DNA of 64,000 nucleotides from an uncultured Collinsella sp. GTDB taxonomy: Bacteria; Actinomycetota; Coriobacteriia; Coriobacteriales; Coriobacteriaceae. Of the stretch, positions 51,246-61,699 are shown in pieces (positions within the stretch are counted from its first letter, which is position 1; each line of letters starts with the position of its first letter). A program made the translations under genes and the position numbers. The notes beneath the pieces are model-generated. The model saw only the letters and a program-made list of their open reading frames with translations. It did not search any database and was not told the origin of the DNA. The DNA lies in the NCBI GenBank assembly GCA_900758885.1, contig CAAETD010000025.1, positions 13,129-77,128 of the forward strand, given 5' to 3'.

Positions 51246-51503
51246 TTACGCGTTCGCGAGCGGGCGTACGCTGACCCTGTGCTTGATACCCTTGTGGAAC
51301 TCAACGGTACCGTCGACCAGCGCGAACAGCGTGTCATCCTTGCCACGGCCAACGTTCTCACCCGGGTGGATGTGCGTGCCGTGCTGACGGACGAGAATCG
51401 TGCCCGTGGTTACCGTCTGGCCGGCATAGCGCTTCGTGCCAAGGCGCTGACCGCGGGAGTCACGGCCATTACGGGAGGAACCGAGTCCTTTTTTGTGTGC
51501 CAT
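51246..51503 (-). CDS. rpmA: 50S ribosomal protein L27 (short N-terminus, no prp gene)
   Basis: [16 protein letters not shown]. Confidence 0.98.
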   Translation of the reverse strand: MAHKKGLGSSRNGRDSRGQRLGTKRYAGQTVTTGTILVRQHGTHIHPGENVGRGKDDTLFALVDGTVEFHKGIKHRVSVRPLANA

Positions 51504-51536
51504 TGTGTATACCTACTCTTTCGTTACGAGTGTAAT

Positions 51537-51911
51537 CTACTCGGCGACGGGAGCCTCGGCAACAGCCTCAGCCTCTGCCTTGACAGCCTTCTTGGCGCGG
51601 GAGGTAGCCTGAACCTTCACGATCTTCAGCTTGGTCAGCTGCTGACGGTGACCCTTCAGACGACGATAGCGCTTACGCTTGTGGAACTTGAAGACCAGCT
51701 GCTTCTCGCCCTTGAACTGCTCAACGATCTGAGCGGTAACCTTGGCCTTGGCCAGCTTGTCGGGATCGGTGACGATCTTCTTACCATCGTTGAGGAAGAT
51801 AACCGGCAGGGTGATCTTGTCCCCCTCATTGCCCTCGATCTTCTCGACGGTGATGACATCGTCGGTGGCGACCTTGTACTGCTTGCCGCCCGTGTTAACG
51901 ATTGCGTACAT
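51537..51911 (-). CDS. rplU: 50S ribosomal protein L21
   Basis: MYAIVNTGGKQYKV, GHRQ. Confidence 0.98.
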   Translation of the reverse strand: MYAIVNTGGKQYKVATDDVITVEKIEGNEGDKITLPVIFLNDGKKIVTDPDKLAKAKVTAQIVEQFKGEKQLVFKFHKRKRYRRLKGHRQQLTKLKIVKVQATSRAKKAVKAEAEAVAEAPVAE

Positions 51912-51978
51912 GTTTACTTGCCCTTCATGCATCAGTTAGTGCAACAGCCGAATATAGTAGCAGGCGAAAATACCCCCG

Positions 51979-52791
51979 TCAACGAGTATGTGAAGCAAAT
52001 CCACAAGTTCGCACAGGTATGGGGCTGACGAGTCGGCCCTCGTCGTCCTCGCATGCTTGATTCTGACGCTCGACATCGTAGGAGCAGATGGTCACGAGGT
52101 CTTGCATACCGGTGGAAACAATAGGTGTATCCACGCCCGGGGTCAAGCCCTGCAACAAAACATCAGCAGCGGAAAGCAAAATTTCCGGACGCATGGAGCC
52201 CTCGTTGTCGGCATGGGTGTCGAGCATGAGCACCAAATGGTCCGGGCGCTCCCCCGCCGTGAGCTCATAGCCCACGAGCGTGTGATCCAAATCCAAGCGC
52301 TTGCTCTTTTTGCCGCGCGCGTAGTCGATGCCATGGTCCGCGCGCAGTGTGTCGATCGCACGACGCACCTCGTCGGCGCTTACGGGCGCCTCGGGATCCA
52401 AGTGCAGGTCGATGCGATACGACAGGCGCGTGAGCTGCGCCGTCAACGCCGGCGTGCGCACGTCGATGTACGCCGCCTCGATGGGCGCCAGATCGGCCGG
52501 AGACGCCGCAGCCAAGCGCCCAAACGCCTCGTCGAGCGCCACGAACTCGGTCATAAACAGGTCATACCATTCGCAGGTCGACGACGTACCCACCGGTAAC
52601 GCCGAAGAGAAGCCCACGCGCATGTGCGGAGAGAAGCCCTGCGTGACGGCATAGGGAAGTCCCGCACGGCGCACGATGCGCTCAATGGTATGGATTACTT
52701 CGAGATGGCCCAGGTACTTAAGGCGATCGCGCTTGCCATAGCGAACACGAAGCCTAAAGAGCGTTGGATTGTCGGTCAGGCGCTCACTCAT
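51979..52791 (-). CDS. Radical SAM-linked protein (TIGR03936/DUF2344-like)
   Basis: RVRYGK...KYLGHLE...RRAGLP...QGFSPH...ALPVG..S..E; adjacent to the radical SAM gene. Confidence 0.85.
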   Translation of the reverse strand: MSERLTDNPTLFRLRVRYGKRDRLKYLGHLEVIHTIERIVRRAGLPYAVTQGFSPHMRVGFSSALPVGTSSTCEWYDLFMTEFVALDEAFGRLAAASPADLAPIEAAYIDVRTPALTAQLTRLSYRIDLHLDPEAPVSADEVRRAIDTLRADHGIDYARGKKSKRLDLDHTLVGYELTAGERPDHLVLMLDTHADNEGSMRPEILLSAADVLLQGLTPGVDTPIVSTGMQDLVTICSYDVERQNQACEDDEGRLVSPIPVRTCGFASHTR

Positions 52792-54665
52792 GCGCGATCA
52801 CCCATCAATACATTCTTGGCGTGGACCGTGGGGCAGATCCCGCAGCCGGTGCACGACGTGCGGGTGCAGTCGGGAGTCGTGACACCCTCGAGCGAGCGAC
52901 GGTACTCGCGCTCGAGGAAGCCGCGCGTGCAGCCGGGGCTCACGTGCTCCCACGGCAGGCGCCAGTCCAACTCGTAGGGCAGGTGCACGAGCTCATTGAG
53001 GTCGATGCCGTTTTTGGCAGCGGCTTCCTTCCAGTTATCGAGCGAGAAATGCTCTACCCAGGCGTCAAAGCGAGAGCCCGAGCGCCAAGCATCGATGATG
53101 ACGGGCGTCATGTCACGACCGGCGCGGGACAGTGCGGCCTCGATGAGCGAGGTCTCGGCATCGTGGTAATGAACGCGGACGGCACGGTTGCGAACGCTCG
53201 TGATAAGCAGCTTCTGGCGACGCTTGACGTCGTCGTAGTCGAGCTGCGGGCACCACTGGAACGGCGTGGCAGCCTTGGGGATAAAGACCGAAACCGAGAT
53301 GGACACCGAGATCGAGCCGCGACGAGCCTTGGGCACCACGGAACGACCGAGCTCCAGCACGTGATCGGCCAGATTGGCGATGGCCACGATGTCCTCGTCG
53401 CGCTCGCCGGGAAGGCCCATCATAAAGTAGAGCTTCATGCGGTTCCAGCCGGCCTCGAAGGCCGCCTTGGACGCACGGTCCAGGTCCTCCTCGGTCACGT
53501 TTTTGTTAATGATGTCGCGCATGCGCTGGCTGCCGGCCTCGGGCGCGAACGTCAGGCCGCCCTTCTTTTCGCCGGCAACCGACTCGGCCATATCCACGCC
53601 AAACGAATCCAGGCGCTGCGACGGAATAGACACGCGAATACCCGTATCCTCCAGGCGACGGTTGAGCCTGCCGAGCACGTCGCGAATGCAGGAGTGGTCG
53701 GTCGTGGAGAGCGAGGTCAGCGACACCTCGTCATAGCCGGTCTTTTCCAGACCCTGAATCACCGACGAGACGATCTGGTCGGCCGAGCGCTCGCGCACCG
53801 GGCGATACGTCATGCCGGCCTGGCAAAAACGACAGCCGCGGGCGCAGCCGCGCAGGATCTCGATAGACAGGCGGTCGTGAACTAGCTGCGCATAGGGTAC
53901 GCACGACTGCGACAGCGGATTCGTGGCGCCGAAATCCTCGACGACGCGTTTGTAGACCACAGTAGGCGCATCCTTGCCTTCACGCGGCACGGTATAGCCA
54001 TGCGGCGAGCAGGGCTCGTCGTGACGAACCTCATAGAGCGACGGCACGTAGTTGCCGGCAATGGATGCAAGCTGCTCAACAATCTGCGCGCGCGGGACCC
54101 CTTCGTCACGCAGGCGGCGATGCAGCTGGCAGGTCTCGAGCAGCGATTCCTCGCCCTCACCGATGAGGATGGCATCGAAGAAGGCCGCGTACGGCTCGGG
54201 GTTGTACACCGAGGGGCCGCCGGCGATGATAATGGGGTCGTCCTCGGTGCGGTCAGCCGCTAACAGCGGAATACCAGCGAGGTCGAGTGCCTCGAGGAAG
54301 TTCGTCACCGCCATCTCGTGCGGCACATGCAGACCGACGATATCAAACGAAGCGACCGGCGCTGCACCCTCGAGCGACAGCAGCGGAATACCCGCCTCGC
54401 GCATGGCATCACCCATATCGGGCCACGGCACATAGCCACGCTCGCAGGAGATGCCCTCGGCCTGGTTAAGGATGTTGTAGAGGATGGCGATGCCCTGGTT
54501 GGGCAGACCGACCTCGTACACATCCGGGTAGATCAGGCAGCAACGGTAGTCGGCATCGGCCTTGGAAAGCGTGCCCCACTCGTGATCGATATAGCGACTC
54601 GGCTTCTCGACCTTGGCGAGCAACGGCTCAATTAAATGAAAACAGTCTTGGTATGCAACGCGCAA
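52788..54665 (-). CDS. Radical SAM protein (TIGR03960-like)
   Basis: KPSRY, YPDVYEVG, RGCARGCRFCQAG (CxxxCxxC), GLTFAPEAG, KLYFMMGLP, C-terminal C..C..C..C cluster. Confidence 0.9.
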   Translation of the reverse strand: MRVAYQDCFHLIEPLLAKVEKPSRYIDHEWGTLSKADADYRCCLIYPDVYEVGLPNQGIAILYNILNQAEGISCERGYVPWPDMGDAMREAGIPLLSLEGAAPVASFDIVGLHVPHEMAVTNFLEALDLAGIPLLAADRTEDDPIIIAGGPSVYNPEPYAAFFDAILIGEGEESLLETCQLHRRLRDEGVPRAQIVEQLASIAGNYVPSLYEVRHDEPCSPHGYTVPREGKDAPTVVYKRVVEDFGATNPLSQSCVPYAQLVHDRLSIEILRGCARGCRFCQAGMTYRPVRERSADQIVSSVIQGLEKTGYDEVSLTSLSTTDHSCIRDVLGRLNRRLEDTGIRVSIPSQRLDSFGVDMAESVAGEKKGGLTFAPEAGSQRMRDIINKNVTEEDLDRASKAAFEAGWNRMKLYFMMGLPGERDEDIVAIANLADHVLELGRSVVPKARRGSISVSISVSVFIPKAATPFQWCPQLDYDDVKRRQKLLITSVRNRAVRVHYHDAETSLIEAALSRAGRDMTPVIIDAWRSGSRFDAWVEHFSLDNWKEAAAKNGIDLNELVHLPYELDWRLPWEHVSPGCTRGFLEREYRRSLEGVTTPDCTRTSCTGCGICPTVHAKNVLMGDRA

Positions 54666-54675
54666 CGGAAAACCC

Positions 54676-55605
54676 CTAAGCAGCGAGATCTGATGCGTCC
54701 TGATAGGACGCCATAGGACGGGTAGCGCCCGCGACCGTGGTCACCAGATCGCGAACGCGGGAGAACGTGGCAGTGACCACCTCGTTGGCACGGCTGTAGT
54801 CGACATCGCGCTCGTAGAGCGAAACGAGCGCACGGCCCATGCCATAGGTGCCCGCGGCGGCAGTGAGCGCCTTGACGGCAAACCCAATATGCGGCGTCTG
54901 CTTGACAAGTGCGCGGGTGACCGCTCGGATCACAAGACCGCCGGCAAGCACGCCCGCGACCTCGTAGCCGCGCTCAGGCTTAATGCCGCGTCCAAAGACG
55001 GCAGCGAGCTCAAAGAGCATGCCCACCTGCGCCAGCGCCATAACGGGATAATCGGCACCCGGCAAAAACACCAGCGCACCGGTCGCCATATTGGTGAGCG
55101 CGCACGAGGTGATGATACGATTGGCCGCCGCGATGCGCATGAAGGCAAAGTTCGCCGCAAAAGCCGTTTCCTTATCGGTGCGATCGAGAATCCAGCGGGC
55201 AAGCGTCTCGAGCAGATACGTCTTATCGGTTGCCGCTACCACGCCGAGCATGGGCGTGGACTCCTCGATAAACGGCACCTCCACAGCAGACTCGGCAAGC
55301 ACGCACACGGGCGCACCGGCGATCACGAGCTCCTGCACGGCACTCTCCAAGCGGTCGGAACCACACGAGAGCACCAGCACCACATCGGTATCGGTCTTTG
55401 GAGCAATTCGCTCCTCCCCCAGACGCTCGACGCGTACAATGCCCGAGGTCGTCTGCGGCACAAAGGCGTCACGCACCGTCTCGGCCAGAAAGCGCGAGGC
55501 GGACGAATCCAGATAGACCGAGACGCGCACCGGCGTATCGGAATCCTTCTTAACGGACGCGCCCATCTTAAAAGCGCGGGTCAGCTTATCTACGGGAATT
55601 TTCAT
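54676..55605 (-). CDS. Hypothetical protein with a DUF697/YcjF-like membrane C-terminus
   Basis: 309-aa ORF packed in the operon; PGADYPVMALAQVGMLFELAAVFG and PHIGFAVKA...GTYGMG resemble DUF697 motifs. Confidence 0.6.
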   Translation of the reverse strand: MKIPVDKLTRAFKMGASVKKDSDTPVRVSVYLDSSASRFLAETVRDAFVPQTTSGIVRVERLGEERIAPKTDTDVVLVLSCGSDRLESAVQELVIAGAPVCVLAESAVEVPFIEESTPMLGVVAATDKTYLLETLARWILDRTDKETAFAANFAFMRIAAANRIITSCALTNMATGALVFLPGADYPVMALAQVGMLFELAAVFGRGIKPERGYEVAGVLAGGLVIRAVTRALVKQTPHIGFAVKALTAAAGTYGMGRALVSLYERDVDYSRANEVVTATFSRVRDLVTTVAGATRPMASYQDASDLAA

Positions 55606-55623
55606 AGCAAACCCCTCCAGCGG

Positions 55624-56850
55624 TTACGCGGCGCCCGAACGATGCCGCCATATGGATTGTACGATACCCACCGTCAGCAGCTGGATCATCATCGAAGACG
55701 AACCAAAGCTAATAAACGGTAGCGGAATACCGGTAATCGGCATCATGCCGATGCACATGCCGATGTTCTCGAAGGTCTGGAATGCCCACATGCCGACGAT
55801 ACCTACGCACGACAGACGCAGGAACAGCGACTCACACTTAAAGGCGACGCGAATCGTCGAAAAGATCAGCAGCACGTAGAGGCACAAGAGAAAAAAGGAA
55901 CCGCAAAAACCAAAGGTCTCGGACAGGAAGGCGAAGACGAAGTCGGTGTGGAACTCAGGCAGAAAGCCGCCGGCCGACTGCGTCGCATGGCCCAAACCCT
56001 TACCAAAGAAGCCGCCCGAGCCAACGGCGATAAGCGACTGCTGCAGGTTGTAGGCATCGTCCGAATCGGCATTATCGGGGTCGATAAAGACCGTCAGACG
56101 GTTCATCTGATACTGCTTGATGAGCACATCGTGGCCGAGCAACGAATCAAAGACCGAATCGAGCGCCAGAACGAGGGCCACCAAGCCCACGAGAAGGGCC
56201 AGGGTCGACAGCACCCATTCGCGGCGTGCACCGCTCATACAAATGACGATGGCGCCCGAAACCAGCACGACCAGGCCCGAGCCCAGGTCGCCCATGGCAA
56301 CGACGGCCAAAAACGGAATGGACAGCATGCCGCAGAGCTTGACGTAGTCGCGAACGGTATCGATGCGACCGTTATACTGCGAGCCAAGCGTAGCAATAAA
56401 GAAGATGGTGATGAGCTTGGCAAGCTCAACCGGCTGGAATGTCAAGCCGATACCGGGAATCTTGATCCAGCCCGTCATGCCCAGACCGCCCGTATAGGAC
56501 AGACCCGGAATCTTGGGCGAGAGGATCACGATCAAGTCGATGACGAGCAACGCCGTCGAGAAATTGGAAATACCGCGCAGATCGGTACGCCAGACCAGCA
56601 CCGCCAGCACCGCTCCGATGCCAATTCCCAGCAGATGGCGTGAGAACGAGGCATCGGCCTTAAACTGCGAAGCCGACCAGATAATGATGGCACCGTAGGC
56701 GACGAGCGCCACTGTAGCCACGAGCACACCGATATGCACCTTTTGGCGAAACGTGCCGCGCGAGGCCGAAAGTTGCTTGTTGACGCGGTCCAGGCTGCTG
56801 CGAGAGCCGGTCTTGGTTGAACGGAACAGATCCGCCGGAGAAAAATCCAT
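55624..56850 (-). CDS. rodA: SEDS peptidoglycan glycosyltransferase RodA
   Basis: FQPVELAK, GDLG, QSLIAVGSGG, PEFHTDF, PITGIPLPFISFGSSS. Confidence 0.93.
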   Translation of the reverse strand: MDFSPADLFRSTKTGSRSSLDRVNKQLSASRGTFRQKVHIGVLVATVALVAYGAIIIWSASQFKADASFSRHLLGIGIGAVLAVLVWRTDLRGISNFSTALLVIDLIVILSPKIPGLSYTGGLGMTGWIKIPGIGLTFQPVELAKLITIFFIATLGSQYNGRIDTVRDYVKLCGMLSIPFLAVVAMGDLGSGLVVLVSGAIVICMSGARREWVLSTLALLVGLVALVLALDSVFDSLLGHDVLIKQYQMNRLTVFIDPDNADSDDAYNLQQSLIAVGSGGFFGKGLGHATQSAGGFLPEFHTDFVFAFLSETFGFCGSFFLLCLYVLLIFSTIRVAFKCESLFLRLSCVGIVGMWAFQTFENIGMCIGMMPITGIPLPFISFGSSSMMIQLLTVGIVQSIWRHRSGAA

Positions 56851-56859
56851 CGCAACCTC

Positions 56860-58929
56860 CTATCGAACCGAAGAATCGCCCGAGGCCGAAGAGGTATCGG
56901 GCTCGTCATAAATCACACCGAGCACGTCGCGCACGACATGCATCGCGGTATCTGAGCCGCCGCCGCCCTGCTCCAGGACGGTAGCGATGACATACTTGGG
57001 GTCATCGGCCGGTGCATAGGCGCAGAACCACGCGTATTCGTCCTCACCGCTTTTCTCGCCCGTGCCCGACTTGCCGTATACCTGCGGCGTCAGGGTGCCA
57101 AAGTGAGCCGCCAGGGACGTCGATGCCGTGTAAATCACGTCGTGCATGCCGTTGCGCACAAGAGCCAAATCCGAATCGCTGTTGATCTTGGCCTCCAGGC
57201 GCTTCTTCTTGCCCTTGCCGTTGTATTTATAGGCATCGCCGTCGCCATCGCGCGACACGGCAGACAAAAACACGTGAGGCACGTACTGTTTGCCGCCGTT
57301 GGCAAGACCCATATAGGCACACGCCATCTGCAGGGGCGTCACCAGAATGTCACCCTGACCGATGGCAATGTTGGTCATATCGCCGGCATTCCACTTGCGG
57401 TCCTCGGCAGAGGCGTCGGTGAAGTACGACTCTTTCCACTCGGCATCGGGAATACGGCCCGCGCCCTCACTCGGCAGATCGATACCGCAGGTCTTGCCTA
57501 GACCCCAGCGACGAAAGACCTCCTGCAGGCCCTCGGAATGTTTCTCGTCATAAAAGAACGCCTTGCCCATGTCGTAGAAGACAGGGTCGCACGAGTTGGC
57601 GATTCCCGACTGCAGCGTCATGGTGCCGTGGCCGGAATGCAGCCAGCAGTACTTGCCCCACGACTTGCCCAGACCCGTCCAATAACCCGTGCAGTTGGTC
57701 GTCTGCCCCGACGTGTAGGTTCCAAACTCAAGACCGGCCAGCGCCGAGAGCGGCTTGATGGTTGAGGCCGACATGTACTGTCCGCTAATGGCGCGGTTGA
57801 GCAGCGGGTGCGAACCCTTGTCATCATTGAGCTCGGTCCACACGTCATTTGAGACGCCGCCAATAAAGACGGACGGATCGAACTTGGGCTGGCTCGCCAT
57901 GCCCAGGATCTCGCCATTGTTGGGATCGAGACACACTACAGCGCCGTTGCCGGCATTGCTGTAGCCAGTGGTCTTGGCAAGCTCGATAGCGCTCGCCAGC
58001 GCCGTCTCGCAGGCCTGCTGGATCTTAAGGTCGAGCGTGAGCTTAATGTCGGAGCCGGCCTTCGCGGGCACGGCGCCGGCCTGACCGGTCACATTGCCCG
58101 AGGCATCGACCTTGACGGTCTGCTCGCCACGAATACCCTGCAGCAGGTTTTCGTAGTAGCTCTCAACGCCCGCCTGGCCTACGATATCGCCCGACTGGTA
58201 CGTAATCTTGCCAGCAGAAGCATCTTCATCGCCAGAGGTTTTCTTATTCTGGGCCTCGAGCTGCTCGGAGGTAATGGTGCCGGTATAGCCCAAGATATGG
58301 CATGCCGTCTCGCCATATGGATACTGGCGCTCGGTACGCTCGGCAATCTTGACGCCCGGGAACTCGCCGGCATGCTCCTGAATATAGGCAACCGTGGAGC
58401 GACGGACGTCCGTCGCGATGGTATGTAGGCTCTGGGCGCCCTCTGTATTGTCCTGAATATTGCGAAGGACCGCCACGTAAGGCATTCCAAGCACGTTGGC
58501 AAGATGGCGAACCAGAACCTCATCCTCGGCAAGGTCGCGGTAGGCCACGACAGCCAGTGAGGGACGGTTCTGGACAAGCGCCACGCCATTGCGGTCGAGG
58601 ATGCGACCGCGCACAGCGGGTGTTGTAACGGTGCGAGTCTGATTACTATTGGCCTGCTTCTCGTAATAGTCCGACGAGACCATCTGCATGCCCCACAGCT
58701 TGACGGCAAGCGCCGCAAACATCGCGCCCACACCCGTGGTGAGGATGGAAAAGCGGCCCTTGAAGGCGGTCGCCGCGGTATTGCCCTCGCCCTCGGTGGC
58801 GCGCGGGGCCGTTCCATGCTGCGTATCGTAGGTAAAACGGGAATCGCCGCGACGCATGATGACCAGCGCGACCACGATGGCCACAACCAGCACGATACCG
58901 GCGATAATAACCGTCAACTGGGAAGACAT
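56860..58929 (-). CDS. mrdA: Class B penicillin-binding protein 2
   Basis: RGRILDRNG, ASTIKP (SxxK), SCD, GKSGT. Confidence 0.93.
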   Translation of the reverse strand: MSSQLTVIIAGIVLVVAIVVALVIMRRGDSRFTYDTQHGTAPRATEGEGNTAATAFKGRFSILTTGVGAMFAALAVKLWGMQMVSSDYYEKQANSNQTRTVTTPAVRGRILDRNGVALVQNRPSLAVVAYRDLAEDEVLVRHLANVLGMPYVAVLRNIQDNTEGAQSLHTIATDVRRSTVAYIQEHAGEFPGVKIAERTERQYPYGETACHILGYTGTITSEQLEAQNKKTSGDEDASAGKITYQSGDIVGQAGVESYYENLLQGIRGEQTVKVDASGNVTGQAGAVPAKAGSDIKLTLDLKIQQACETALASAIELAKTTGYSNAGNGAVVCLDPNNGEILGMASQPKFDPSVFIGGVSNDVWTELNDDKGSHPLLNRAISGQYMSASTIKPLSALAGLEFGTYTSGQTTNCTGYWTGLGKSWGKYCWLHSGHGTMTLQSGIANSCDPVFYDMGKAFFYDEKHSEGLQEVFRRWGLGKTCGIDLPSEGAGRIPDAEWKESYFTDASAEDRKWNAGDMTNIAIGQGDILVTPLQMACAYMGLANGGKQYVPHVFLSAVSRDGDGDAYKYNGKGKKKRLEAKINSDSDLALVRNGMHDVIYTASTSLAAHFGTLTPQVYGKSGTGEKSGEDEYAWFCAYAPADDPKYVIATVLEQGGGGSDTAMHVVRDVLGVIYDEPDTSSASGDSSVR

Positions 58930-58942
58930 CTACGGGCCTCCC

Positions 58943-59515
58943 CTATTTGAGCTTGCGGGTCTTGGGCTTAAAGCGCATACCCGCCTGGCGTCCGCCACGT
59001 GCGGAGAATCCATAGCCGGACTGCGGCATGACGCCGGACATCAAAAACGGAATGGCAACCAGACCCGTCAGGATCGAGGACGGCAGCGCATGGCCGAAGA
59101 TCGCCACGACAAAGCTCGTCTCCAAACCCATAAACAGCAAGATGATGCTGTAGATCACATTAATGACGAGCGCAAAGGCGCCCACAGTGACGCCGCGCGC
59201 ACTCGGGGTACCGCCCGTCTGACCGACGGCGCTGTGCACCAGGGCAAAAGAACCCACGGTCAGCAGGAGCGACATAACGCCCACCGGCACGGCAGCGGAC
59301 AGGTCATAAAACAAGCCGCTGCAAAAACCGCACACGACGGCACGGGTCGGGTCGCCCGAGAACACGCTTAGGCACACCAGGATAATCATGAAGTTGACGC
59401 GACCTCCCGCAATGGAGATCTGCGGTGCCAGGCCTGCCTGCAGCAGCACACACACAATGGCGGCGATTACAAACGTGCGGGAGCTCATCCCCTGCTCGTG
59501 TAGATCCATGGACAT
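58943..59515 (-). CDS. mreD: Rod shape-determining protein MreD
   Basis: Multi-TM protein with GF.SGLFYDL, between mreC and mrdA. Confidence 0.85.
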   Translation of the reverse strand: MSMDLHEQGMSSRTFVIAAIVCVLLQAGLAPQISIAGGRVNFMIILVCLSVFSGDPTRAVVCGFCSGLFYDLSAAVPVGVMSLLLTVGSFALVHSAVGQTGGTPSARGVTVGAFALVINVIYSIILLFMGLETSFVVAIFGHALPSSILTGLVAIPFLMSGVMPQSGYGFSARGGRQAGMRFKPKTRKLK

Positions 59516-59520
59516 GCCCC

Positions 59521-60519
59521 CTATTCGCTCGAGCCAGAATCGGTCGTCTCGGACGTGTCGGAACTGTCATCCGAGCTCTCGTCCTTCGTCTTGGTCGCAG
59601 CATCGCGCGACGTTCCCTGCGGCGTGCTGTTGGCCGTGCTCACGTCCTCATCCGAGGCCGACTGTTCGTCGGTCAGCGAGGTGATGACCAGCACTTCCTC
59701 GTTGTTCTCGGCCGTGGTCTGAGCGCGCACCACAATGGTGTAGTACACGTCGTTTGCGGATTTCTCAACCGACGAGACGGTGCCGAGCGGAAGGCCCTTG
59801 GGGAACACGCCACCGATGCCAGAGGTCACGATGATATCGCCAACCTTAACGTCGGAGTCGACGCTCACGTACTCAAGACGCAGCGTGCCGTCAGCCTGAC
59901 CCTGCAGCATGCCCTGGGCGCGCGTGTCCTGTACCATGGCGGACACACCCGAGTTCTCGTCGCCAATAAGGCGCACGGTAGAGGTCTTGGCCGATACCTC
60001 GATAATCTGACCGATAACACCGGCAGAACTCGTCACGGGCATGTTGATGGTAAGGCCGTCGGCAGAGCCCTTGTCGATGGTTACGGTCGAGGTCCAGGCA
60101 TCGCCCGAGGCACCAACGATACGAGCAGCGGTCGATTTGAGGTTGTAGGTCGACTGCAGGCCGACCAGCCCCTCCAGACGCTCGGCGGTCTTTTGAGCCT
60201 CGGAGAGCTCAGCAACCTTAGAGGTCAGCTCCTCGTTTTGCTTCTTAAGCTCGTCAAGCGTGTCCTGCGACGCCGTAAGGTTAGAGAACACGTTGCCGAT
60301 CGCATTGAAGGGGGCCGCCACAGCCGAGCCCACAAAGCGCACCGGCGAGGTAATCGTCGTCACGCCCGAACGCACGGCATGAATCGGTCCTGCCTCGCCC
60401 TCGCGGATGTAAAACGTGAGCAGCAACACCGAAATCAGGCTGAAAACAATCAACGGGCGCATACCCGTTGATTGTCGCTTGGTATTCAGATTTGTGGAGA
60501 AACCCGAAGATCGTGCCAA
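59521..60519 (-). CDS. mreC: Rod shape-determining protein MreC
   Basis: TM, coiled coil, IDKGSADG, VTSGIGGVFPKGLPLG. Confidence 0.95.
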   Translation of the reverse strand: MARSSGFSTNLNTKRQSTGMRPLIVFSLISVLLLTFYIREGEAGPIHAVRSGVTTITSPVRFVGSAVAAPFNAIGNVFSNLTASQDTLDELKKQNEELTSKVAELSEAQKTAERLEGLVGLQSTYNLKSTAARIVGASGDAWTSTVTIDKGSADGLTINMPVTSSAGVIGQIIEVSAKTSTVRLIGDENSGVSAMVQDTRAQGMLQGQADGTLRLEYVSVDSDVKVGDIIVTSGIGGVFPKGLPLGTVSSVEKSANDVYYTIVVRAQTTAENNEEVLVITSLTDEQSASDEDVSTANSTPQGTSRDAATKTKDESSDDSSDTSETTDSGSSE

Positions 60520-60540
60520 ATGGAATCCACCTTTTGGAAA

Positions 60541-61584
60541 TTAAGCATTGGTCTGGACGAAGCCGCCATCAAACGCATTGGCCTCGAGCACGCGGGCACA
60601 GCCGTTAACGACGTTATCGAGCGCCGTGGGGCTGACGTTGACCGAAACACCGGTCTCATCGCGCAGGCGCACGTCGAGACCGCGCAGCAGCGCGCCGCCA
60701 CCAGTCAGCAAAATGCCGTAGTACATAAGGTCCGAGGCAAGATCGGGAGGCGTAGCGTCGAGTGCGTCCTTGACGGCCTTGGCCATCTCGTCGAGCGGCT
60801 TGTTGAGCGCGCGACGAATCTCCTCGCTCTCGATGCGCACGGTCTTGGGCAGACCGGTGATCACGTCGCGGCCGTTGACCTCGACGTCGAGCTCGTCCTT
60901 GAGCGGCACGGCGGAGCCGACCTTGATCTTGATGTCCTCTGCCGTACGCTCGCCGATGGCCAGGTTGTAGGCATCACGAACGTGCGTGAGGATGGCCTGA
61001 TCGAACTCGTCGCCGGCAATACGGATGGACTGCGAGACGACGATGCCACCCATAGCGATAACGGCAACCTCGGTGGTACCGCCACCGATGTCGATGACCA
61101 TGGAGCCGGTGGGTTCCTCGACGGGCAGGTCGGCGCCGATAGCGGCAGCCATGGGCTCCTCGATCAGGTAGGCCTGGCGGGCGCCGGCCTGGATCGTGGC
61201 CTCAAAGACGGCACGCTTCTCGACCGACGTGACACCGGAGGGAACGCAGACGACAACGCGCGGACGCGGGGTCCACGGATAGCGCTTCTCAGACGCCTTG
61301 TCGATAAAGTAACGGAGCATGGCCTCGGTAACATCGAAGTCGGCGATGACGCCGTCCTTCAGGGGACGAACGGCCACGATGTTGCCGGGCGTACGGCCGA
61401 GCATGCGCTTTGCCTCGATACCGACCGCGAGGATGCGCTCGTCGTTCTTGTCGATGGCGACAACAGAGGGCTCGCGAATGACGATGCCCTTGCCACGCAC
61501 GGAGACAAGCGTATTTGCGGTGCCGAGGTCGATGGCAAGATCGCCCGCATAGCTACCGAAGAACATATCCATCAAAGAAAACAA
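60541..61584 (-). CDS. mreB: Actin-like MreB
   Basis: IDLGTANT, EPSVVA, RPLKDGVIADF, DIGGGTTE, LTGGGALL. Confidence 0.98.
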   Translation of the reverse strand: MFSLMDMFFGSYAGDLAIDLGTANTLVSVRGKGIVIREPSVVAIDKNDERILAVGIEAKRMLGRTPGNIVAVRPLKDGVIADFDVTEAMLRYFIDKASEKRYPWTPRPRVVVCVPSGVTSVEKRAVFEATIQAGARQAYLIEEPMAAAIGADLPVEEPTGSMVIDIGGGTTEVAVIAMGGIVVSQSIRIAGDEFDQAILTHVRDAYNLAIGERTAEDIKIKVGSAVPLKDELDVEVNGRDVITGLPKTVRIESEEIRRALNKPLDEMAKAVKDALDATPPDLASDLMYYGILLTGGGALLRGLDVRLRDETGVSVNVSPTALDNVVNGCARVLEANAFDGGFVQTNA

Positions 61585-61699
61585 CGCAACTCCTGATGTG
61601 TTGGATGATTGCTGGAAAACTACTAGCTCATCATACTAGCGCAAGCCCGGCACCTCACTTGCGGTGAAGCGCCGGGCAAAGCTAAATCCCATAAGGTCA

